In this document: positions 26,501 to 38,345 of the stretch, one piece after another
Layout of the letters: each line of letters opens with the position of its first letter
Numbering within the stretch: the first letter of the stretch is position 1
Source: Squalus acanthias
Lineage: Eukaryota
Length of the DNA: 64,000 bases
Direction: 5' to 3'
Assembly: GCA_030390025.1 (NCBI GenBank)
Contig: CM059432.1
Span: forward strand, 8,866,001 to 8,930,000
Translations under genes and position numbers: made by a program
Notes under the pieces: generated by a model
What the model saw: the letters and a program-made list of their open reading frames with translations, nothing else
Told to the model about the DNA's origin: nothing
The model's database searches: none

Positions 26501-26886
26501 ACACAATATTGGAAAACCATCTTCTCAGAACTTTGCAGTTCAGTTAAGTGTGGTGTTTAATCTGCGTTGTATACGATTCACTTTCGATTACAGTTTGAAG
26601 GATTTATATATACATTTTCAGCTAAGGAGCTTTTTGAAGCCTTTAAATCGAGCTGTTGACTTTGAGCTGCGGAAGCCACAGCGTTTTACACAACTTCAAA
26701 ACCCTTCAGTGTTACTTTTATCTCATGTGGTGCGAATGAGCTCTGATAAAATGCCCGAATAATGCATTCTCTGTGCACTGGTGTTATGTTTCGGGCTCCA
26801 TTTTATTAGACGTTGTTGCAAGGTACTAACAATTGGGTCAATTTGTTGGGCACCTTTGGACCCGAGTAACACAAGGATGAAACAAT

Positions 26887-28696
26887 GGGCTGGATTTTCC
26901 GGGGGGTCAGCGGGCGCGATCGGTGGCAGGTCAGGTGGGAAAGTGTTTTTTTCTTCCCCAGCGGGTTGGGACACCGCTGTGAACCTGCCGCCACAAGCCT
27001 TTCCCCAATGTTGGGTCTGTCAGCGCTGAGGCAGGAGTTCAGTGGCCATTGAACCTGCCGTTGAGTTGACAGCTTCAAATTAAAAAAAAAATTTGTTCAT
27101 GCGATGTGGGCGTCACTGGCAAGGCCGGCATTTATTGCCCATCCCTAGTTGCCCTTGAGAAGGTGGTGGTGAGCCGCCTTCTTGAACCGCTGCAGTCCGT
27201 GTGGTGAAGGCACTCCCACAGTGCTGTTAGGGAGGGAGTTCCAGGATTTTGACCCAGCGAACGGCAATATATTTCCAAGTCAGGATGGTGTGTGACTTGG
27301 AGGAGGAATTTGGGTGTAATGTTAAAGCTCCCACTTCCAGAGATATCTTCTCTCAGCCACAAGCTCTTCCTCGCTGCATTTCCACAACAGATTCACCATG
27401 CTGCAAGTCTTTACACAAGTCTCCACCCAGTCTGATCTCATTACCTCTCTCACCATTGACAGATCACATCTGTCATCTCTACTTCACCTGCCATCTATTC
27501 CATCAGCATGGGTGCCCTTTATACTGTCTCACCTTGGTCCTCAGAATCCCACCACCATCAGCCCCAACACCAGCATCACCAGGCACAACAGCAACACCAC
27601 CATCAACCTTCTCCGCAATCACCTGATGCTGCACAGGACAGAGGGCATCAGCACCCGACCACATTGCTGCCCGGGAGGCCAGGGATGGCCTCACCATGGC
27701 CAGATTTACTTCACTTGACACTGTACACCCTGGCTGCCACATGATACACCAGTTTGGCACCACCCCACATCAACACCATAAAGCACCCCTACAATGCCCA
27801 AACCATTTCTTTCATACTCATCACCATTGTGGGGGGTGCCGTTATGTCTCACCATTCACTGCAACTCACTAAGCCACTTCCAAAGATGGACACAAATCTG
27901 TCCAAGAACGCAAAGTGTTGAAAATAAAGGTTTCAATGTTTGACAGCACATTAACAGAAACTTTACATGAACATTGGCTAAAACACCCAAGTGCCTACCC
28001 TTGTGTGTTGTTAGTTGATATGATTGGACTAGGATGAGGGTGAGTGTGAGGGGTGGCTAGTGAGATGGGGAAGTGATAATGTAGATAGAGGGGGATGGGT
28101 GGAGTTGCAAGGTAAGTTGGTGTGAGTAAGGATGTGCAGGAGTAGGGTAGGGAAGGCAGAGTGATGGAGATGTGATGAGTGGCACAGCAGGATGAGGTTG
28201 AGTGTGGCTTTGCAGTAACATTTCGTGATCTACTGAGATCATTGAAAGGTTTGCAGCACTGCAGCCTGGTCCTCCTGACCACATCCCTGCTTGTGTCCTC
28301 CAGTGCAATGTGCAACCAGGCTGTGTTGATCTCCTGGGGAGGTCTCTTCCACCCATGGGAAGGGAAGAGGACCTCCCTGCGTGCTGTGACTCCCTCCATA
28401 AGCATAACGAGGGAGTCATGGGAGAGCCTGGGTGCAGTGCTTGTCAGTGTTTGCAGCACCTCAATGCTGTAGAACACTGACAGCACAACTGTCAAACTAA
28501 ATGTGGCCATGGTCCCTTTAAGGAAACCAGCTGATGACGCGTCATCAAATGACGTCACCAGACCCGCTTCCTCGGGAAACGTGCTGGGCGGGGCTTAACA
28601 AGCCCAATCAAGGGAAATTCATTTAGAGGCTGGAATGGAGACAGGAGCGTGGTCGGGATCCGCCACAGACCCGCCGAGGTTCGTAAAATCGCGGCC
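26887..28696. mobile_element. Internally deleted Harbinger element retaining a Myb/SANT remnant
   Basis: Ends GGGCTGGATTTT ... AAAATCGCGGCC; minus-strand Myb/SANT motif APRLSHDSLVMLMEGVTARREVLFP...AWLHIA...RTRLQCCKPFNDL (about 28230-28440); plus-strand transposase-like start MGALY (27508) followed shortly by a C-terminal-like AAREARDGLTMARFT. Confidence 0.7.
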
Positions 28697-28786
28697 ACAG
28701 TGTCCAAAATTCCTCCTTGAATAAAAAGTGGGAGAACAACTGTTTTCCTACATTACAACAGTGACTACACTTCAAAAAAGTACTTC

Positions 28787-29119
28787 CCAGAAGCTGGCAG
28801 CTGTCCTTCATTCTGCCAGCGCATTTCACACTTCATCAATCCTCAACCTGTCCCATTACCACCTCCTCTTGCCTTGAATATCTCTTAATGTCTCTCAATG
28901 TCTCTTAATCTCTCCTGCTTTCTGTCCTACCACTGACCTTCCCTTTGGTTCTTTCATCCCCTCCCCCTTTTCCCAGCATTATACTTGCTTTAAATCTATT
29001 TCATTTCCTGCTTTTTTCCAGTTCTGACGAAAGGTCTTCGACCTGAAACGTTAACTCTGTTTCTCTCTCCACGGATGCTGCCTGACCTGCTGAGTTTTTC
29101 CAGCGTTTTCTGTTGTTAT
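28787..29119 (+). mobile_element. Penelope-like pLTR / retrozyme-type insertion with hammerhead motif
   Basis: Flanked by 16-bp TSD ttcaaaaaagtacttc (28771-28786, 29120-29135) inside a SINE; pyrimidine-rich body, then CTGACGA-stem-GAAA motif. Confidence 0.7.
29020..29056 (+). ncRNA. Minimal type I hammerhead ribozyme motif
   Basis: AGUU-CUGACGA-A-AGGUC(uuc)GACCU-GAAA-CG-UU-AACU: stems I and II pair; palindromic AACGUU in place of stem III. Confidence 0.65.
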
Positions 29120-31339
29120 TTCAAAAAAGTACTTCATTGGCGGTAAAGTGCTTTGGGGCGTCCGGTGGTCGTGAAAGGCGCTATATAAATGCAAGTCTTT
29201 TTTCTTCTTCTTCCTCTTCTAATTCACGAGCCACGGATGATATTGCGGGAGCACATCGTTCTGAACTGTACAATTTCTGGGAATGCAGTTGCATTAGTGG
29301 GCCATTAAAAGTGGAGCGATTCCGGCATTCTCCCAGCTACCATTAGAAGAAGAATTTAACCCATTTCTTTGGGATCTTTTTGGTGACAAAACCAATGGTG
29401 GAGAGATTCGGGCGTGTGAATTCGCTGGGGGGGCGGTGGTGGTGGGGGCAGCGCAGGGGGCCAAGCAGGGAATAATCTCTGCGCCTGAATGGTGAGGCCT
29501 GGGGCACCCCCAATATTGGGCCTTAGGCCCATTTACATCAGGCCAGTGAGGCACAAAACCCACCAGTGTGGAGTGAATGATGACCAACCGGGCGGGGTAA
29601 CCCTACTCCTCCCGGCTCCACATTCAGGTAAGTATATTTCAAAAAACTTTCCTTGTTGGCAACAGGGAAGCTTAAACAGTGAAAAAGGTGATTTTCCCAT
29701 AATTATATTGTTTTATTGTTTTTATTTTCCATGGTCCTTTAAGTAAAATCTCTTCACTCATCATGTGCTTCGAATTTGTGGAACCTGTTTTATGTTGTGA
29801 CTGGCGAGTCATCGGTCAGTCAATTTAATTTTGCAACTACAACAACAACAACTTGTATTTATATAGCGCCTTTTATGTAGTAAAACGTCCCAAGGTGCTT
29901 CACAGGAACGATTATCAAACAAAATTTGACACCGAGCCACATAAGGATAAATTAGGGCAGGTGACCAAAAGCTTGGTCAAAGAGGTAGGTTTTAAGGAGC
30001 GTCTTAAAGGAGGAGAGAGAGGTAGAGAGGTTTAGGGAGGGAAATTCTAGAGCTGAGGGACCTGGCAGCTGTAGGCACGGCCACCAATGGTGGAGAAATA
30101 AAATCAGGGATGCTCCAGAGGCCAGAATTGGAGGGGCGCAGATATCTCGGAGGGGGTTGCGAGGCTGGAGGAGATTACTGAGATAGGGAGGGGGCGAGGC
30201 CATGGAGGGATTTGAAAACGAGGATGAGAATTTTAAAATCGAGGCCTTGCTTAACCGGGAGCCAATGTAGGTCAGCGAGCACAGGGGTGATGGGCGAACG
30301 GGACTTGGTGCGAGTTAGGACACGGGCAGCCGCGTTTTGGGTGGCCTCCTTTCTGATTGGTGATTTTCTACTTTTGTTATTCGCCAATTATATTGTACCT
30401 ATTAGTTGTACCCAATTTGAATTTTCTCTCCAGTCAAATTCCAACCAAAATATTCGAGCTAATCATATTGCAGCAAATACAATGACCCTGGGATACAACA
30501 ACAACAACTTACATTTATATAGTGCCCCTAACACAATAAAACATCCCAGGATGCTTCACAGGAGCGTTAGCAAAAAAACAAAATTTGACACCGAGCCCTA
30601 TAAGGAGATGTTAGGGCAGATGAGGTAGGTTTTAAGGAGAGTCATGAAGGAGGAAAGAGAGGTAGAGAGGCGGAGAGATTTAGAGAGGGAGCTCAGCCAC
30701 CATGGCAACCTCCCACCTCCACTACAGATCGTTAATAATAAAATATATAACGTAATAAACATATCAGAAATTCAATAATTAATAATAGAAAAATCGTAAA
30801 CTTTACATCCAACTGCTCCAACTACTCCCTTCAGTGTGCGGTCGCACAGTCTGTCAGAACCTGCCAGGATTCACATGCAGTCACAGCTTCACTTACGCCT
30901 TCCCCAGTCAGGAGAGGTGGAGGCCAGTTTGCTCAGCCAGAGTTCGAAGTTCTGAGCCAAATAACTGCATCTAAACTCCCACAAGGCACTGGATGCCCAG
31001 CTTCCACAGCAGTACATGTGCAAAGAGGCCCACTGTGCTGTGAGACTGGTGCAACGTAATGAAGCAAAGATCCCACAACTCCTGGAAGTCATTGAGCAGT
31101 CCCATGCTCTGGACGACACTGACTCGCACCAGGCCCGAACTCAGCCCTGACGCTCCCTCCCAGCCTTAATCTTCTCTGGTTTCCTCATGGCCCCATTAGC
31201 TCAATTTACAAAGTTACAGACTCTGCTCCACCCCCCCCCTTCTGACCTGAGACCAATTCCCACTGTGCTCCCTTCCAGTATGAGTCTCCTTCCCACGCTG
31301 TACCTCCAGATGCTCTCCTACAGTTATGTGGCGAGACTA

Positions 31340-32175
31340 GAGAACATAAGAACATAAGAAACAGGAGCAGGAGTCGGCCAATCGGCCCCTCGAGCCTGGT
31401 CCGCCATTCAATAAGATCATGGCTGATCCAATCTTGGCCTCAACACCACTTTCCCGCTCTCTCCCCATATCCCTTGACTCCCCTTGTGGTTCAAATGTCT
31501 GTCAATCTCCGCCTTGAATATATTCAATGACTCCGCCTCCACATCTCTCTGGGGTAGAGAATTCCAAAGATTCACGACCCTCTGAGAGAAGAAATTCCTC
31601 CTCATCTCCGTCTTAAATGGGCGACCCCTTATTCTGAAACTATGCCCCCTAGTTCTAGTTACCCCCACGAGGGGAAACATCCTCTCAGCATCCACCCTGT
31701 CAATCCCCCTCAGAATCTTATATGTTTCAATAAGATCACCTCTCATTCTTCTAAACTCCAATGAGTATAGGCCCAACCTGCTCAACCTTCCGTCATACGT
31801 CAACCCCTTCATCCCAGGAATCAACCTCCTGAACCTTCTCTGCACTGCCTCCAATGCAAGTATATCCTTCCTTAAATATGGAGACCAAAACTGTACGCAG
31901 TACTCCAGGTGCGGTCTCACCAGTGCCCTGTAAAGTTGCATCAAAACTTCCCTACTTTTATACTCCATACCCCTTGCAATAAACATTCCATTAGCCTTCC
32001 TAATTACTTGCTGTACCTGCATGCTAACTTTTTGTGTTTCATGTACTAGGACCCCCAGATCCCTTTGTACCACAGCATTTTGTAGTCTCTCTCCATTTAA
32101 ATAATAATTTGCTTTTTTATTCTTTCTTCCAAAGTGGATAACCTCACATATTCCCACATTATACTCCATCTGCCA
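31340..32175 (-). mobile_element. CR1 3' fragment
   Basis: ORF 31417..32169, RT thumb and C-terminus. Confidence 0.9.
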
Positions 32176-33806
32176 AGAATAGGGGAGTGGGATTAATTGG
32201 ATAGCTCATTCAAAGAGGCACAATGGGCCGAACGACCTCCTTCTGATTGTATGGTGATACTCTCTATTCTGGACCTTCAGCTGTCCGTTCTTTAGCACAC
32301 CCACATCAGGGCAGTAGCATTCACTCAACTCCATGTATTCTCACCCCCTCACTGCCTTCTCTCCCTTCTTGTTTAAAAATTAAATTAAATGAATGGATTT
32401 AATAAAAGAAAAACATCAAGGACCCGGAAATTTTGCTGCAGGATACAAGACTGCAAATGATTAATCTACTCACCTAGAATTCTTCTGTGTTAAAATAGTG
32501 GGTTAATGGTGCCGCTAATATAATGGAGGGAGGAATTTCACATCAAGCTTTCATAAATTAGCATCCCACAGCATCTTGCTAGGTCGAAGAGATTAATGCT
32601 CTTCATGAGAAAGGATATCATTTAAAAAACAGATGCAGAAGTTGTCAAATGCTGGCGTAAAGTTGCACAAGTAAATATATTTGAAAGAAATAGAAGGAAT
32701 CACAAAAGGAGATGATTACATTTGTGGGAACACCACCACCTCCAAGTTCCCCTCCAAGTCACACACCATCCTGACTTGGAAGTATATCGGGCCGATCCTT
32801 CATCGTCGCTGGGTCAAAATCCTGGAACTCCCTCCCTAACAGCACTGTGGGAGTACCTTCACCACACGGACTGCAGCGGTTCAAGAAGGCGGCTCACCAC
32901 CACCTTCTCAAGGGGCAACTAGGGATGGGCAATAAATGCCGGCCTTGCCAGCGACGCCCACATCCCACGAATGAAAAAATTATATTGAGCGCAAATGTAA
33001 ATTGAGAATTGCAAGCCCAATATCGATGAGGAAGAATGAAAAGAAATTCACAAGTAAGTTGATTTAGAAAATAGAAATAACTGAGGGGGATAACGAGCAG
33101 ATTATTTTGTAATGCTGTATTTGATATTTTAAAATTACGTTTAGATTTTTTTGTCCATGAGCAACATCATGGACGATCAACTAGTGTTAATTAAAAAGTC
33201 TTTGTGCTGGAGAAAAATAATTAGTGCCATTGAATCACAGCAATGCCACCAAAGGCTATGTTTTGATAAATTCAGCACATAATCCATTTCATAAAAACTG
33301 TAATAGCAATTTTGGTGCAGGGTGCACTCAAGGCATCACTACCAGGATTAATAAAAATATATAAACGCCTTTTTTTGTCACTGCAAAACCTTTATTTCTT
33401 CCAGTATCTGACACACAAAAAGTCATAAAAATAATATATTAGGATGAGCTTTTTTTATGACTTGCTGGGTAAATATACTGAGAGCACTGTGGTCCTATAG
33501 TCCTTCTCTGGTATGAACTGTTCTGCGTTAGCCGATCTTACCTGATTTGCACAGATCTGCCATCGGCTTGAACATTTCCGTTTTCTCTGCTCTGCCAAAA
33601 GCTTTGCACCAACTCTGCCGCCTGTGTCCTCACTCGCACCAAGGCCCGTTCACCCATCACCCCCTCTGTGCTCGCTGACCTGCATTGGCACCCGGTCCGG
33701 CAACACCTCGATTTTTAAAATTCTCATCCTTGTCTTCAAATCCCTCCGTGGCCTCGCCCCCCACCCCCCGCCTCCCTATCTCTGTCATCTCCTCCAGCCC
33801 CACAAC

Positions 33807-33959
33807 CAAGGTTCCCTCTAAGCTGCGTGGTCTGGAAGGTCCCGCGCAGGCCGCTCAGCGGCTTCTACAGGGAAGAAACCGTGCATGCGCGAAAAATTTG
33901 AATGGGCCGCGCACCCAGTTAAAGGGACCGCGCACTAGAAAAAATTAGGGGGAACGTTG
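33807..33959. mobile_element. hAT-like MITE inserted in an L2 fragment
   Basis: TIR CAAGGTTCCCTCTAA / TTAGGGGGAACGTTG, imperfect direct repeat ccacaac/ctacaac. Confidence 0.6.
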
Positions 33960-35142
33960 CTACAACCCTCCAAGATCTCTGTGCTCCTCCAATTCTGACG
34001 CATCCCCGATTTTCATCGCTCTACCATTGGCGGCCGTGCCTTCAGCTGCCGAGGCCCTTAGCTCTGGAATTCCCTCCCTAAACCTCTCCGCCTCTCCCTG
34101 TCTCTCTCCTCCCTTAAGAAGCTCCTTGAAACCTCCCTCTTTGACCAAGCTCTTGGTCACCTGCCCTAATATCTCCTTATGTGGCTCGGTGTCAACTTCT
34201 TTGGCTGATCACGTTCCTGTGAAGCACTCTGGGACGTTTTACTACGTTAAAGGTGCTATATAAATACAAGTTGTTGTTGTACCAGCATGCAGCAGGTGAC
34301 ATCTGGGGCTAAACTCAGTGTGCCAGATCGGTGTTGCTATTTGTTGGGCCATTTCAGAGGGGCAGTTAAGAGTCAACCACATTGTTGTGGGTCTGGAGTC
34401 ACATATCGGCCAGACCGGGTAAGGGCGGCAGATTCCCTTCCACTAAAGGACATTAGTGAACCAGATGGGTTTTATACAACAATCCAGTAGTTTTATGATA
34501 CTAGCTTTTTATTCCAGATTTATTGAATTGTATTTAAATTCCTCAGCTGCCCTGGTAGGATTTGAACTCATGTCTCCGGATCGGTAGCCCAAGATTCTGG
34601 ATTAACTAGTCCAATAACCACTATGCTGCCGTACTTTATAGAACTACACTTGCATAAAAGACATTTACATAGGAACATGGGAACAGGAGCAGGCCATTCT
34701 GCCCCTCGAGCCTGTTCCACCATTCAATTAGATCATGGCTGATCTGTATCTTAATTCCATCTACCCGCCTTGGTTCCTGAACCCTTAATACCCTTGCCCA
34801 ACAAAAATCTATCAATCCCAGTTTTGAAATCCCCCACAGAGGAAATAGTTCCTCTCTATCTAGCCTATCAAATCCTTTAATCGTCTTAAACCCCCCTTAA
34901 CCTCCTATACTCAAGGGAATACAAGCCGAGTCTGTGCAACCTGTCCTCATAATTGAACCCTTTTAGCCCCCGCTATCATTCTGGTGAATCTGCGCTGCTC
35001 CCCCTCCAAGGCCAACATATCCTTCCTGAGGTGCGGTGCCCAGAACTGAACGCAGTGTCCAGACCGGGTCTGACCAGAGCTCTGTACAGCTGGAGCATAA
35101 CTTCCACCCCTTTGCATTCCAGCCTCCTCGTGATAAAGGCTA

Positions 35143-35269
35143 TGATGCGGAGATGCCGGTGTTGGACTGGGGTGGACAAAAGTGAGAAGTCGCACAACAC
35201 CAGGTTATAGTCCAACAGTTTTATTTGAAATCACAAGCTTTCGGAGCTGCTGCTCCTTCGTCAGGTGAA
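35143..35269 (-). mobile_element. 127-bp hammerhead-bearing short retroposon (Penelope-related)
   Basis: 13-bp TSD gtgataaaggcta (35130-35142, 35270-35282) within a CR1 fragment. Confidence 0.75.
35231..35268 (-). ncRNA. Minimal type I hammerhead ribozyme motif
   Basis: Minus strand UCAC-CUGACGA-A-GGAGC(agca)GCUCC-GAAA-GC-UU-GUGA; palindromic AAGCUU. Confidence 0.65.
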
Positions 35270-37754
35270 GTGATAAAGGCTAACATTCCATTCGCCTTTT
35301 AAATTATTTTTTGTACCTGTCCATTAGATTTTAATGATTCCTGTACGGGGGACCCTTAAATCTCTCTGCTCCTTCACAGTTCCCAGCTTCTCATCATCAT
35401 AGAAAATACTCTGATCTATCTTTCTTCGGTCCAAAGTGGATGACCTCACACTGCCCCAGTTGAACTCCGTCTGCCACAGTTTTGCCCACTCACTGAATCT
35501 ATCAATGTCCCCTTTGCAACTTTCTGCTCCCACCTACACTATTTACAGTGCCACCCAACTTGGTGTCGTCAGCAAACTTGGATACATGACTCTCTATTCC
35601 TTCATCTGAGTCATTTATAAATATGTTGAAAAGCTGCGGCCCCAGTACAGATCCCTGGGGGACACCACTAGTCACATTCTGCCAATTTGAGTGTACACCC
35701 ATTATCCCTACTCTCTGTGTCCTACCTCCTAACCAAATCGTTTACGTTCATGCTGGTGATATTTTACATAACGTTCTTTCCCGCAATCAATAAATCCATT
35801 GTCTAAAATGGATGACATATCGCAACCAATCACCACGGGAGATACAAATGGAACATGGGGCTTATTCTCATTATTCCCTGTCAGGTCATTTCAAAGGCAG
35901 CCTTAAATCTTTCCTACAGGCTGCATCAGTGGATCTATATACTGAATCTGTCATTGGGGAAAGGTATGAAAAAAATCAAACAATCATCAGAAAACCAGTA
36001 TCAGATCAGGTGGGGGATGGATGGGAGGGAACTTCCGAGGATTAGTGAAGAAAAATGCCCTGAGAAATACCTTTATCAGATGTAAAAATATCTCCTATCA
36101 TTCGTATTCCAGCTTCACTAAGCCACAAATCATTACGTAAAATGAATTTACCACAACAGTAATCTCTTGTAGGCAGCAGGACAGTAAATGGGAAAAGTAA
36201 ATGGTAAAAAAAAAGTCATTGCGGGACTGGAGACATGTGGTCTGTCTAATCTATTCCCTGCAGGCTGTATCGGTTGTGTTGGAGGCCTGCTTGACAACCA
36301 CCACTCGGTAAGTGTGTGAGGACAGTCTGCGGCAGTGGCATCCCACCGTTGTATTTGCCAATGCCCCATGTAGCCGCCACACCCTGGGTATAGTCAGGGA
36401 TCTCGTTGGGCAAAAGTAGGAGTGTGATTTAGGACCAAAACTATGAGGCAGACTGAAAATTCATTTCAACAGATGGAGCCGGGTTTCTTGTTCAGAGTCA
36501 AGCGCAGCAAAATAAATTAGATTTTTTTAAACCAAATGAGCGAGTCTCACTCCGTGAGAGTTGACGGGACTGGGATCTCCCCATTTGCGAGCAATGAAGT
36601 TCGGTTTCCCACTAAATAAATAGCCCAATACAGTCTATACTCCCCCTGATCCATCTCAAGATCGTGATATTGGAAGCTCAGCCACTGTGCTTTTAAGAAC
36701 ATAAGAAATAGGAGCAGGAGTCGGCCATTTGGCCCTTCGAGCCTGCTCCGCCATTCCATAAGATCATGGCTGATCTTCGTCCTCAATTCCACTTTCCTGC
36801 ACTATCCCCATATCCCTTGGTTCCCTCAGTATCCAAAAATCTATCGCTCTCTGTCTTGAATATACTTTCCTCAGTTTATCCGAGACAAATGACAAAATCT
36901 TCTAAAAAGGCTGCAGCAAACAAATTGTCCCACGCTCTATCAAAACTCCCCAGTGCGCAATTCTGTGTCAGAATCATCCTCAGGGATCGCCAGTGGCACC
37001 ACCGCACTGAGAGGAAGCATTAAAAAAACAGCGCCTACTGCGGAACAGAACCTGTGAAAGGTCAGAACATCACTCAACGTAGTCCAAAAGTTAAAAATAA
37101 TCTGCCTAAATATATCCAGCACCAAAACAGGACAACCTAGATGAAAAATAGGATAAGAACACTACCTGCCCCCAACCCCTCCCCCCCCACCACCCGCAAA
37201 AAATGTAGACCTCCTTGGGGAACAAGTCACAGGTGCGGCTCAGCAGACAGCTAACCCGCAAGAACAGAAAGCACATTTAGCCTGAGACAGCTCCCAGGAG
37301 GTTTAGAGAAAATTAACTCGGGAGGGGGTTGCCATTAACAATCAGAATCGAGGGCGGAGGCAGTGGCAGTGTTTCTCAATGAGGTGGACGTGCAACTGAA
37401 AGAATTCTCAGCTGGGAGGAAAAAAATCAGTGCCAGCGATGATTGGGTCACTGGAATGGTTACCAGAATAACCTGCCTGATAGAAAAATAAATAGTGCTA
37501 AATCTCGACAAGGTCGTGGATATAATACCAGGATCTGCAGGTTCCTGGAGGCGATGGTAGACAGGGGCCTGATTGCCTTTCTCTCTAAAGTCACTGCGGA
37601 GTTTATTAAATCTCAGCCTTGGAAAGAAAAGCTTATTGTGGAGCTTCACGGGGTGGAAATTGGTGTGCGGTGCGCCCGTTGTTTGGGCGTAACGTGGGCG
37701 CAAAGCATGCCAATGTAGCTGTGGGACGTCCTGCGCCTGATCTGCGTAGGCGTT

Positions 37755-38345
37755 GGCCCCCACTCCAGAGACTTCAGCACATAATCTAGGCTGACACTTC
37801 GGGGAGTGCTGCACTGCTGAATGTGCTGCTCTCTTACAGATGAGACGTTAAAATGAGGCCCCGTCTGCTCTCCTAGTTGGATGTAAAAGATCCCATGGTA
37901 CTCATTTTGAAGAAGAAACATAGAAACATAGAAACATAGAAGATAGGAGCAGGAGTAGGCCATTCGGCCCCTCGAGCCTGCTCCGCCATTCGATGAGATC
38001 ATGGCTGATCATCCAAACTCAGTACCCTGTCCCTGCCTTCTCCCCATATCCCTTGATACCTTTAGCTTTAAGAAAAATATCTAACTCATTCTTGAATATA
38101 TTTAATGACTTGGCCTCAACTACCTTCTGTGGTAGAGAAGAGCAAGGGACTTCTCCTGTTTTCCGGGCCAACATCCCTCAAAACAACATCATGAATATAG
38201 ATTACCTGCTCATTTATCTCACTGCTGTTTGTGGGATCTTACTCAGTGCTAATTGGCTGCCGCGTTTCCCTACAGCGACTACACTTCAAAAAAGTACGTC
38301 ATTGGATGTCAAAGTGCTTTGGGACATACTGAGGCCATGAAAGTT
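37755..38345 (+). mobile_element. DeuSINE with nested CR1 tail (about 37915-38135, -)
   Basis: SINE core split at gaagaag; AGAAACAT tandem tail. Confidence 0.7.

Larger units (their letters stand above)
34670..35735 (-). mobile_element. CR1 fragment (RT core to tail, with deletions)
   Basis: [11 protein letters not shown]...FADDTKL (ORF 35502..35702). Confidence 0.85.
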
